Below are positions 1-10,804 of a stretch of 33,095 nt of DNA, in pieces. The stretch is from NCBI RefSeq assembly GCF_006345805.1, contig NW_021832095.1, positions 1 to 33,095 on the forward strand, written 5' to 3'. This stretch comes from Octopus sinensis. Lineage: Eukaryota. A program made the translations under genes and the position numbers. A model generated the notes under the pieces. The model was not told the DNA's origin. It made no database searches and saw only the letters and a program-made list of their open reading frames with translations. Each line of letters starts with the position of its first letter. Position 1 is the stretch's first letter.

Positions 1-889
1 TGTTGTTGGGAGGTGCGTTTTGATAAGTCAAAAATCTTCCAGCAGCAACAATAGAAATCCTAAGTATTTTTCATGCATACAAAAACGAACCATATAGTGT
101 ATTCATATAAATAATGTCTCACGAAGTGCTAAGCCACATATCTTTTAACAGAGCGGTAGAGCTAATTGAATAGACATTTCCCAAATCAATTGACCACGAA
201 TCTCAAGACAACCCTGTAGAGATTTCATCTCAGATTGTAGACAGACAAAAATACTAATAATAATCATTTCCAAGAATGCAGCCTTTGCAGGTGCTTCACT
301 ATCTAGGGCATCCTCACTAACTTCATAGATGGATAAGCTAAACAAACACTTGTAAGTTATATATTACCCCGCTGCTTACAATTATTTACGATTATTTAGA
401 TTGGCCTATAAATGGTTAAGTGCACTTTCAAGAAATACAGCAAAATGTCATTCAATATTCGATTCCAAAAGCCATAAATTCCTTCTTTTTTCTCTCGACT
501 TGTACCAAATCTCCCAAAATTTCTTGCAAATAATATTGCAACTTCCATTTGCTGTTTATCAAATCATCCAAACAACGATGTGAATAAAAAAAAACACTGG
601 AAAAAACAAATAGATCATGGATTGGACTGTTCCATTGTTTCAGAAAGGGGATTCCATACTATGTCCTTTGAATTTGGTGTCTCTGGTTAGACCAGAACTA
701 ATGAGGAATCAATTATGATAATTTTAACTCGTTCTATTTGGACATCGAGATTTTAGAAAATTTTTTTTTTTTTTTCCATCTTCATATCTGGCTTTGGTGG
801 ATTATTTACTAGTCTTTCCTTCCACATTTGTATTCAGATAGATACAATTTTGACTTTATAAGATCAATAGACATTATTATAAGAATGAA

Positions 890-1030
890 GGCGGCGAACT
901 GGCAGAATCGTTACTGCACCGGACAAAATGCTTAGCAGCATTTCTTCCGAATTTATGTTCTGATTTCAAGCGCCACCGAAGTCGACTTTGCCTTTCATCC
1001 TTTTGAGATTGATAAAATAACTACCAGTTT
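890..1030 (+). mobile_element. tRNA-derived SINE, family A (head + core), 3'-truncated, diverged
   Basis: GGCGGCGAACTGGCAGAATCGTTA head (A-box-like) and the core GTCGACTTTGCCTTTCATCCTTT shared with the copies at 2547, 7240, 17797, 27209, 28392 and 28781. Confidence 0.85.
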
Positions 1031-1444
1031 GTAAGTGAAACAAAGAGTAATACAAAGTTTGATCTCTATGACTTCCAAAAGGACATTTGTAGCCTAAGAG
1101 AAATTTCTTCAAATGTTGAAATCACATCACCGAATTGGGCGTCCCAAAACTTTAGACCCATCTCTTCATCCGCCACCTATTAAGAACATCTACATGGTCA
1201 TTCAGCCGACTGAAGATAGCAATCATATTTCCTTAAACACCGCACATTAGCGTTTTAAAAAGAGACACATTAAATAACATAGTCCTAGAAACAAAAAAGG
1301 AACAGCATTCCTTACCTTCTGCCCCCAGATTCTAATGATTTTGGATCCTACATAAAGAAGTGATGAACAATTTCCATAGATCGTAACATCAAGGACCTTA
1401 TCCTACTAATATAAATATTTGACTGAAACAATAAAAGAATAAAA

Positions 1445-1447
<3 letters not shown>

Positions 1448-1491
<44 letters not shown>

Positions 1492-1505
1492 AACACACAC
1501 ACACA

Positions 1506-1562
<57 letters not shown>

Positions 1563-1563
1563 A
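1448..1563. repeat. (TA)n/(CA)n compound microsatellite
   Basis: Directly visible. Confidence 0.95.
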
Positions 1564-1627
1564 TGCATGTATTCACAAGCGCACGCGCAGAGCTAGAAAG
1601 TGTTACATATATAGGGAGAAAATGTTA

Positions 1628-1725
1628 TACGTGATCTGATCAATAAGTAGCAGAACACTTGCCATAGCAACGAAGCTAAATCATTGAGAATAAAGCCACT
1701 TGGTACAGATTGACCTTGAAAAACT
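1628..1725 (+). mobile_element. Possible Tc1/mariner terminal fragment
   Basis: TA followed by CGTGATCTGATCAATAAGT resembles mariner-type TIR starts (TA|CGNGGTCTGNTCAAAAAGT); no partner end found. Confidence 0.35.
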
Positions 1726-1731
1726 GTTTTG

Positions 1732-1776
<45 letters not shown>

Positions 1777-1779
<3 letters not shown>

Positions 1780-2090
1780 CAAAATGGGACACGAACGCAA
1801 AACATCCGGACAACAAGGTGATACAAAAAGGGACAACAAAACAGCCGGGTAGATATACAAAAAACAAACAAACAAGGACGGGTCATTCGAAGCTTTCTAT
1901 CCTCGGTCAAGAACCGGATAATCCTCGCAATTTCGGCTGGCTATACTCGAGATTGCTCCAATCTGGCCAGCCCCAAGGAAAAAACTAAGCTAAGAGCATT
2001 AGATTCCTTGGAAAAAAGCAGCGAATGTATACAAAAACAAGGATGGAAAAACAGACGATGTTACACAAATATAAATACAAAATACAATAA

Positions 2091-2127
<37 letters not shown>

Positions 2128-2141
2128 TAATAATAATAATA

Positions 2142-2178
<37 letters not shown>

Positions 2179-2235
2179 TATAATAATAATAATAATAATA
2201 ATAATAGGACATAACAACAGGTGTCTTTCGACTGG
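1777..2235 (-). mobile_element. Unclassified interspersed-repeat-like segment with tandem hairpins, interrupted by (AAT)n
   Basis: Abuts a (TA)n tract; T-rich on the minus strand; stems at 1935-1941/1966-1972 and 1973-1980/2004-2011; (AAT)n at about 2088-2206. Confidence 0.35.
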
Positions 2236-2546
2236 GGGTATATACATATACTGATATAAACAGCTAGGCGCAATGTGATACCATAAAGAAAAAATGTCAT
2301 TGTCCCTAAATGTCACTAAAGGTGCCGAAGTACCTACATTGCTAGAAATAAGAGTTAAAATGTCCTTAATGCTGTAAGAAGAGCACAAATATATATATGG
2401 CGGACGGAATTAGCCGACCATCAGCCGTCGGAGTAGTTACTATTGACGTTGCCTACGGCGAAAGTAGGCCTGTTTTGTTATCCTTGACAGGGTCACGGGG
2501 TGGTTACCTTCCCTGTCAGTGTATGCCAGTATGTATTATGTATACA

Positions 2547-2776
2547 GCGGCGAGCTGGCAGAAACGTTAGCACGCCGGGCGAAATGTGTAGCCGTATTTC
2601 GTCTGTCGTTACGTTCTGAGTTCAAATTCCGCCGAGGTCGACTTTGCCTTTCATCCTTTCGGGGTCGATAAATTAAGTACCAGTCACGCACTGGGGTCGA
2701 TGTAATCGACTTAATACCTATGTCTGTCCTTGTTTGTCCCCTCTGTCTTTAGCCCCTTGTGGGTAATAAAGAAATA
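2547..2776 (+). mobile_element. Full-length tRNA-derived SINE family A with Tx1-like tail (tail 1), 17-bp TSD
   Basis: A-box-like TGGCAGAAACGTT, B-box GAGTTCAAATTCC, conserved core, tail ending GCCCCTTGTGGGTAATAAAGAAATA. Exact direct repeat AGTATGTATTATGTATA at 2528-2544 and 2777-2793. Confidence 0.92.
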
Positions 2777-3972
2777 AGTATGTATTATGTATATATGTAT
2801 GTGTGTGTGTATGTATGTATGTATGTATGTATGTATGTATGTATGAGTGTGTGTGTGTCAGCATTTGACACTATTTCTTCGGGCGTAGATCCATGGTCTC
2901 TCGAGACCGAAGGATGCCAACATGCGTACTACTACATAAGAATACACATATATGCACATATATGTGTATGTGTGTGTGCGTGCGTGTGGTGTGTGTGTGT
3001 GTATTTATGTATGCATGGATGAGCGGATGTGTATGGTCGAATTCACAGCTATAAGAGTGTCTGAGAGAACGCCTTGCAGTATTTTTCTAACTCAATGTTT
3101 TCTGAGTTCAAATTCCGTCTCGATCTACTTTCTTTTTCATTCTTTTAAGTTAAATAGAGTAACAATCCCGCGGTATGAAGACTGACAGTTAAAACACTGA
3201 ACTATACAGAAACCAATACGTGTGTGAATATATCTCTGTGTGTGCGCGCACGCGTATATGGTGTGTGTGTATGCACAAATATACATATACGCATATTATA
3301 TGTTTCATATACAAGCTAAATACGAAATAACTTGACACACTTTCTCTAAGCATAAAAAGCAGAATGTGTATCTAAGTGTTTATGTATGTGTATGTACCAG
3401 TATCATATGTTTGTGAATAACTGTAGTGGTGAACTAGGACCTAAATCACCTCCCTACTTAAGGTTTCGTAAAGCTAGCTGCATACAGACTTGACTGCAAT
3501 CTTAATTAACAAATACTTACTGAAGTGTTCTGTGACATACGGATAATGGAAGTTATTATGAAACATAAGATTTAGGTTTGAAGGACGAATTCCCGCCACC
3601 ACAAAACGCATTCACACATACAGATATACTTTCTCTTGACTCAGTGAGGGTCGCTATACTGGGTCTTTCGAGATACTAGAAATGGCAGCCAAGTTTCCTA
3701 GCCTACTTTATATCATAATTCCCTTAAAAACTGGAAATGATTTGACTCCTCTTGTCCTCAGTTAAAACAATTATTATTCACTCTGTGAAGATTATACTGC
3801 AAGATGCCTGCTGGATGTACATACTTTGAATTGGCGAAGTGCTCCTATTATAACTGAGTGAAGTATAACCAATCTTCCTTCGGTTATTCGAACCCTATGC
3901 TAGCATAGGTTCCTGCATGAAGTACTGACGAGGTCATCGCCTGAATTATACTTATCCTTTCAATTATTATAC

Positions 3973-4038
3973 AGATAGATAGGTAGATAGATAGATAGAT
4001 AGATAGATATAGATAGATAGATATAGATAGATAGATAG

Positions 4039-4077
<39 letters not shown>

Positions 4078-4098
4078 GATAGATAATAAATAGATAGA

Positions 4099-4130
<32 letters not shown>

Positions 4131-4159
4131 GAGACAGAGGTATTTACACACACACACAC

Positions 4160-4202
<43 letters not shown>

Positions 4203-4299
4203 AGATATATTTATATATATATATATATATTATATATATATAAAAGATATATATATATATAAGAGATATATTTATATATATATATAAAAGATATATATA

Positions 4300-4359
<60 letters not shown>

Positions 4360-4362
4360 TAT
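3973..4362. repeat. (GATA)n followed by (TA)n microsatellites
   Basis: Directly visible. Confidence 0.95.
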
Positions 4363-4467
4363 ACCGGAGTAAACACATAAATGTGAAACAAGGTGAAAAA
4401 AAGAGTACTCAAATACCAGTGGTAGAGTAATATGCTTTATTTTAAGCAGCAGAAAATTCAACAAAAT

Positions 4468-4505
4468 CTGTTACCCTGAGTTTCTCGTTGCCGTTCATCA
4501 GACAG
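4468..4505 (-). ncRNA. Minimal type I hammerhead ribozyme motif
   Basis: Minus strand reads CTGT-CTGATGA-ACGGCAACGA-GAAA-CTCAGG-GTA-ACAG: helix I CTGT/ACAG, intact CUGAUGA and GAAA cores, GUA cleavage triplet; A-A mismatch at the base of helix II. Confidence 0.7.
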
Positions 4506-4521
4506 TTTTTTCTAGCAAAAA

Positions 4522-4559
4522 CTGTCTGATGAACGGCAACGAAAAACTCAGAGTAACAG
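4522..4559 (+). ncRNA. Minimal type I hammerhead ribozyme motif (G12 mutated)
   Basis: CTGT-CTGATGA-ACGGCAACGA-AAAA-CTCAGA-GTA-ACAG; the GAAA core is changed to AAAA relative to the other arm. Confidence 0.6.
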
Positions 4560-4595
4560 ATTTTGTTGAATTTTCTGCTGCTTAAAATAAAGTAT

Positions 4596-4640
<45 letters not shown>

Positions 4641-4658
4641 ATATATAAGATAGATATA

Positions 4659-4875
4659 CGAGAGCGTGTCGAAAAGTTCCTGGATTTGGGTAAAAGAAAA
4701 TGCAGGAAGATCAGCTAATTATCATTTTATTCAACATATCCTCTCAGATTCATACACTGAGATTCATAGCGATCCTTCAGTTTTTGTAAGCCCTGTAAAA
4801 GAACTCCGAAGTGTGAACCCCCAGCCAGGCTTTTCGCGACACCCTTAGAGCCAGGAGCGTTGCAGCCCCCACTCG
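4659..4875. mobile_element. Mariner/Tc1-derived MITE
   Basis: TA on both sides (4657-58, 4876-77). Imperfect TIRs CGAGAGCGTGTCGAAAAGTTCCTGG ... CCAGGAGCGTTGCAGCCCCCACTCG. No ORF. Confidence 0.7.
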
Positions 4876-4959
4876 TAAATATACGAGTATGTATACATAC
4901 AAACATAATTAAAAAGTACTCAATATACAATAGAGTGCAATGATAATGATTTCATCAAT

Positions 4960-5075
4960 GGGCATCAGGCCAGAAATATTAGTACTGGGGGCAGGGGGTA
5001 TCAGTTGATTATATCGATTAAGCCTTTGACTCCAGAAAGATAAAAAAATGAAGTGGATCTCTGCAAGATTTTTAC
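4960..5075 (-). mobile_element. Degenerate SINE family A fragment
   Basis: Reverse complement shows a decayed core and a tail similar to other family A copies. Confidence 0.45.
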
Positions 5076-5107
5076 ATAAAGGACCGAACCTACATACTAC
5101 AGGTAAG

Positions 5108-5305
5108 GAGTAAAGACTCCATTCGGTCATGAATGGTCAGGGGGTTGCACCTAGAAAGTTATGAGGCACAAGTCCGAGCAAGATTGTGTATGGAAGACCA
5201 GTTGTCGCCTGTGCATACCAGTCTCCCCTCTCCACGCCTCCGATGGTATACAAAGGAAAGGCAAAGGCGGAAACAGCTTGGCACCAAGGACATCGCAACT
5301 CATTG
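5108..5305 (-). mobile_element. SINE body/3' fragment (possibly RTE-type tail)
   Basis: GC-richer non-coding segment recalled as part of an octopus repeat; no second copy in the window. Confidence 0.35.
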
Positions 5306-6014
5306 TATAATGCACTAACGAGTAATTACAACAGGAATTTTAGCACAACTCATATCGGAAAGCGGTAGCGCGAAACGGGGGTGTAAAATCATTTGCATTT
5401 TAAGTAGTTGTTTTATATATGTGTGTATGTGTATGTGTTTAAAGCGAATGACGTGTCTTTGACGTTTTGGAAGCTATTCCTTCTTCTGAAAGAAAAGACA
5501 TGAAGTGGAAACATGAGGAGAGGCGCTAGGTGTAAGGTTTGGAATAAAGCAACGAGAAAAAAATTCAAAATAATTAAGAGGAAAAAGCAAAAGAGGATGA
5601 ATGGTTGTAAGCCTTGGGGAATGATATTCTTTGGGGATGAATCAGAAAATGACGGGAGGTGCATATGTCAGAATGAGTGTGTGTACCTTGAAGAAGTCAC
5701 GTCGCGAGATGCGTTAGCGTGTGCAATTTGAAGGGTGTATGTACTTATGGTTGTGTGTGCGCGTGCAAACTCGGAGACTTTAGTGCGAGTGTGAGGGTGA
5801 ATGAACGTGTGTGTTTTAGTAGGTAGTGTCAATGCGTGTGTGTGTGTGTGTATGTGAGAGAGAGAGAGAGAGAGAGGCAAGTCTATTTGTGTGTAAATAC
5901 ATGTATTGGGGATGTGGTGTGAGGTGGTGTTCGTAGGTTGAAAGTGTGTGCGATGTGAATAGCGTTTTAATGTCTGTGCACCAACTTGTAATTCTAATAT
6001 GTGTATTGGTCAAG

Positions 6015-6130
6015 GAATAGCACGAATGTCCGTTCTCAGTGTTTGCAGTCAACTTTGCCTTTCATTCCACCGGGGACAATAAAATCAAGTGCCAGTTATG
6101 TACTGGAGTCGATATAACCGAGAAGCCCTC
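6015..6130 (+). mobile_element. SINE family A core fragment
   Basis: GTCAACTTTGCCTTTCATTCC...CCAGTT...ACTGGAGTCGAT core. Confidence 0.7.
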
Positions 6131-7239
6131 CTATCAGATTTACTATCTTAATACACGTCTCACTGCAGCTCGTCTCGACCGAGGAGCAATACTGTGTCAA
6201 GCGTGGAGCGAGATTGCACGTCTGGTATCTAGAATGTTGCTATGCACTTGCGGCTTTGATTCAACTGCACAACGCTGTCAGTGGGAAAACAACCATCTTA
6301 TTCTGTAGCAGATTTAGCAGATTAATGGAGGGTATGAACAACGATGGTCTGGGACCGACTGTGGGCGTTAAGAGCAGTCTCAGCAGTCAATTTTGAGCGA
6401 TTTTCTATTCAGGGGCTATGGACATCTTCCAAATATCCTTTACATTACAGTGTTATAAGGAAGAGGCTTTAACTGTTCGAGACAAGCTCTGCAAGCAGGG
6501 TAGTACCAACAGCTGAACCGACTCGGGTTGATCTTCATGTTGTTGTTTGACGCCTTTGATGCTCAATCATTGCCAACTTTTGGGTTTGTGTCGAATAACT
6601 GTTGCCGCATGTAGCATGCAGTTAACTATAAGATGATTTTATAGTGAAGATCGGTGCGCCACATTCTCTTGTAGGAAAGGGCAGCTAGTTTTTCTCTGCC
6701 GAGTGCCTATGACAAGAGGAGTAGTATAGTGGACTCGTCTAAAATGTTTGAAGATAGAAGTAGATAAGTCTGTTGCCCAGCTCACATCAACTTGAAGAGA
6801 AAGATGAAGAAATACAAGGAGATTCTGCCTTCTACTTAACGAAATACGGCTAGGAACAGCAACACTGGTGGGGTTGAATGGCGATTCTAAAGTGGCTTTT
6901 CTAAATAGGAATGAAGATTCCGAGAGAGGGCCCACTTGACGCCATAGACATGACAGAGTAATCTGAGTCTTTGTGTGAAGTTTCCTCCGAATTATCCTTG
7001 ATTGTCTTTTCTCCCGGTTGGGGAAGTTTCCATACATGTTATCATATTTATTCTTGTTTATTTTACTTTTTGTAACGTGATTTTTTTATGAACAAATACT
7101 AAAGTGTTCTGTAACAAGCGTATAATAGAATCTATTATGAAACATAATGGCTCGATGCAAACGACATTTATGTGTGTTTGTATTTCGTCCCTGTATGTAC
7201 TCAACGTTCTGAGACGTTGGGGACAAGATCAATTATTTC

Positions 7240-7363
7240 AGAATCGTTAGCACGCCGGACAAAATACTTAGCGGCATTTCATTCGCCTTTATGTTCTGAG
7301 TTCAAATTCGACTGAGGTCAACTTTGCTTTTCATCTTTTCGCGGTCGATGAAATAAATACCAG
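7240..7363 (+). mobile_element. SINE family A (head + core)
   Basis: CAGAATCGTTAGCACGCCGG...GAGTTCAAATTC...GTCAACTTTGCTTTTCATC. Confidence 0.85.
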
Positions 7364-8490
7364 TTTTAACATCCGGTCATCAGAGTTTTTCAGGTAGGTG
7401 TTTAGGCCAATTGTGACAATCTTCGTTGTTAATTCCAGTTGTAAAAATCCACAGACACCCTCTTTTCTTGGCAGGTAGAGTCGTTATTAGCCTTCTTTGG
7501 GTATTTGCCATTGAGAAGTTTTTCTTGCCATTTATCAGTAAGAAAATCTATGGCAACTGTTTTAGCGCGGGTTTTCATATGCTTAGCTTTTTTCTGTGAT
7601 TGTGTCCTGAACATATAATTGTGTGACACGTTGTATTTGGAATTCACTCAGATAATTCTTTGCCTGTTTTGTTTATGAGTATGGTGTTTTCTTGTTTTCA
7701 TGTCTTAAGACAAGTTTTAACATCCAGTCATCAGAGATTTTCAAGTAGATATTTAGGTCAATTGTGGCAATCTTCATTGTTAATTCCAGTTGTAAAAGTC
7801 CACGACACCTTATTTTCTTGGCAGATAAATTCGTTCTATATTTGCCTTAGGGTAGTGCATTCCTTGCACTGTCAACAATTTTCGTATTTTTCTGTCAAGA
7901 TTACATATTTCAGTGATTGACCAGTTAATAATATTGAGACTAAGTCACAACCGGTATGGCTAAAGTACTGATCGCTTCTATCCTGTTTCTTGCATTCTGC
8001 TCTGTCTTGCCCTTACACTGCGATATTCTTTTCTGATCTTTTCCCTCGTCATTGAGTGTTTGATTCTATCACCATCAAATACCCCTAGGTATTTGTAGTT
8101 CTCCACTGGTTATAACTCCTTTATAGCATTCTGTTGGTCAAAATTAACGTTGCATGTTTCTATCATTTTTCCTCTGATAAAGGTAGCTTTTGCACATTTA
8201 TCGAGGCCAAATTCCATCCTGATGTCATTACTGAATTCTTTAACGATTGCTAGTTGTTGGTCATTTTTTTACAAGGAGCTTTAAATCATCCATGTAAAAA
8301 GAGATGATTTATATTTCTATGAAACACTTTATAGCCAAATTGTACATCATCGATCAATTTCAAGAAAGCTTTTAAGGCTAGACAGAAGAAGAGCGGTAAT
8401 AGGTAGTTACCCTGGAAAATGCTACATGAAATTCGTACATCTCCAGCATTGAGAGATTATGACTGTTCAAAGTGAGTATGGTTACACGTC
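7362..8490 (-). pseudogene. R4/Dong-like non-LTR retrotransposon reverse transcriptase fragment (frameshifted)
   Basis: Minus-strand translation across frameshifts: ISCSIFQGNYLLPLFFCLAL, INHLF/YMDDLKL, FSNDIRMEFGLDKCAKA, YKYLGV, NLDRKIRKLLT, MHYPKA..ERIYLPRK, KWQEKLLNGKYP. These match RT domains 4-7 and the thumb of RLE-type (R4 clade) elements. Confidence 0.88.
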
Positions 8491-8672
8491 ATTGATTGGG
8501 TGAAATTACCGAAATACAACTTTAACAAAAATTAACTTCCAAAATACAGAATTTTCTCAACAACGCCAAGAGTAAAAGATGTTTTATGTGACACATTCTA
8601 CCAGCATACGAAGTTTGAAAGTGTTTAGTTACAAAAAATTATTTCTTAATTCTGTCGGTCAAAAGGTAAAGA
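8491..8672. mobile_element. Possible non-autonomous DNA transposon end
   Basis: Abruptly replaces the LINE 5' continuation. The AT-rich sequence with a GAAGTTTGAAAG motif resembles DNA-transposon subterminal sequence; no TIR pair confirmed. Confidence 0.25.
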
Positions 8673-8877
8673 CCCGAAATTGTGCTTTGTATGTCAGTAA
8701 AATTTCGGATTTTGCGATTATTTTGTTAGAAGGCCGCTTCCTTCAAGTCTTCATCAGGTTCCTTTTTCCCATTCCACCGATGTTATTAGATTAGATTTGT
8801 TCTGTATGGAGAGTCCGGTGTAGCATGTCCCTGTTGTTATTCAGTGCGGACCTGAATCCTTATACAGCACAGAGCTG

Positions 8878-8896
8878 ATTATTATTGTTGTTGTTG

Positions 8897-8952
<56 letters not shown>

Positions 8953-8967
8953 GTTATTATTATTATG

Positions 8968-9001
<34 letters not shown>

Positions 9002-9055
9002 TATTATTATTATTATTATTATTATCATTATTATTATTATTATTATATTATATTA

Positions 9056-9093
<38 letters not shown>

Positions 9094-9136
9094 CATTATT
9101 ATTATTATTATTGTTATTATTATTATTACTATTATT

Positions 9137-9168
<32 letters not shown>

Positions 9169-9178
9169 TATTATTATA

Positions 9179-9222
<44 letters not shown>
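8878..9222. repeat. (TAT)n/(CAT)n microsatellite
   Basis: Directly visible. Confidence 0.95.
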
Positions 9223-9223
<1 letters not shown>

Positions 9224-9344
9224 CCCCATCATTGCTATTGCGATTATTATCATATGCATGTATATATGTGATATATATATATATATATTATAATACATAT
9301 ATATTATACACACACACAAGTACATGAATTCATTTGTTAATGTT

Positions 9345-9398
<54 letters not shown>

Positions 9399-9896
9399 CA
9401 CATGCACTCACACACATGCCGCTGACTATTTTAATGAAGCAATCTATAATTTTATAGCCGGCTTCGAGTTGATTAGAAACGCCGTTAATTAAAACAAAGA
9501 AGTGAACAGAAGATATAATAAAGGATGTATTCATTAATGCACCAAAGCTCTGTGGCGCCATTATGTAGAACCATGAGAGTGGATGTACGTGAATGTGCTT
9601 ATAAGCTTAGATGAGTATATATATTGGAATGCGTATTCACCTCTGTGGGGTGGGGTGTAAGTTTGGAGGTGGTTGAAGACTTAATGTTTGGCTTCCTTAT
9701 TAGTCTAAGTAAGATCGAAAGTTAATTTCTGGAACTGCTGATCGTTAAACAGTAAGTTCTTTGATCTCCATAACTTTTGTGTATGTCAGTCTATGTGAGT
9801 ATATGCGCCTACCTTTATTCTATGTATGCCTGAGTTCGTTTACGCGCTGGCGTTTGTATAATTAAATAGTAGTATCTTCAACTGGATACATGTCTA

Positions 9897-9897
9897 C

Positions 9898-9973
<76 letters not shown>

Positions 9974-10465
9974 GTAAGTAGGTAGGTAGTTAGGTAGGTA
10001 AGTAGGTAGGTAGGTAGGTAGGTAGGTAGACAGGCAGGTAGACAGGCAGGTAGACAGGCAGGTAGGCAGGCAGGTAGACAGGTAGATAGACAGGCAGGTA
10101 GGCAGGCAGGCAGACAGGCAGGTAGGTAGGTAAGTAGGCAGGCAGGTAGGTAGTTAGGTATGTAGGTAGTTAGATAGGTAGGTAGGTAGGTAGGTTGGTT
10201 GGTAGGTAGGTAGGTAGGTAGGTAGGTAGGTAGGTAGGTGGTAGGTAGGTAGGTAGACAGGCAGGTAGACAGGCAGGTAGGCAGGCAGGTAGACAGGCAG
10301 GTAGACAGGCAGGTAGGCAGGCAGACAGGCAGGTAGGTAGGTAAGTAGGCAGGCAGGCAGGTAGGTAGTTAGGTATGTAGGTAGTTAGATAGGTAGGTAG
10401 GTAGGTTGGTAGGTAGGTAGGTAGATAGATAGGTAGGTAGGTAGGTAGGTAGGTAGATAATAGAT
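9897..10465. repeat. Compound (GATA)n-(GGTA)n-(GGCA/GACA)n tetranucleotide array
   Basis: Directly visible, with an internal duplication of about 210-bp period. Confidence 0.95.
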
Positions 10466-10526
10466 AGTATGTATGTATGAATGAAGGTATATAAGTATAT
10501 TATATATATGTATATATATATATATA

Positions 10527-10568
<42 letters not shown>

Positions 10569-10804
10569 ATAGTTCTGTGTAGTCCATTTTGAATGTGACG
10601 AGTAACAATTGTCAAAATTTCCTCTGCATGAAGACATTGGTTGCTTTGTTAATCCATAAATAAAGATTATTTATCCACCAATATCGTGTTGAGCATTCAT
10701 TCTCACAATTCAATACAAGGATGTGTGTACACACATAGGCACACACACGTACACATCCGTCCACACACACTCATATATGCATACACAGACACACACATAT
10801 ATAT

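Larger units (their letters stand above)
4363..4599. mobile_element. Penelope-like pseudo-LTR fragment arranged as an inverted repeat, inserted in (TA)n
   Basis: 172-bp palindrome at 4428-4599 (86-bp arms, 4 mismatches, centre CTAG at 4512-4515); each arm has a minimal hammerhead motif; (TA)n on both sides. Confidence 0.7.

Noticed and set aside
1-720. Non-repetitive segment with short ORFs and splice-like signals (291-351, 643-684)
   Set aside because: The 291-351 candidate has stops in all three frames, the 643-684 donor is weak, and no protein motif is recognisable.
1316-1347. Minus-strand 32-bp micro-exon candidate (TAG|...AAG|GTAAGG)
   Set aside because: Too short to separate from chance; no supporting neighbouring exons.
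2547-2640. SINE heads as real tRNA genes
   Set aside because: A/B boxes are present but there is no cloverleaf or terminator, and they are fused to the SINE core and tail.
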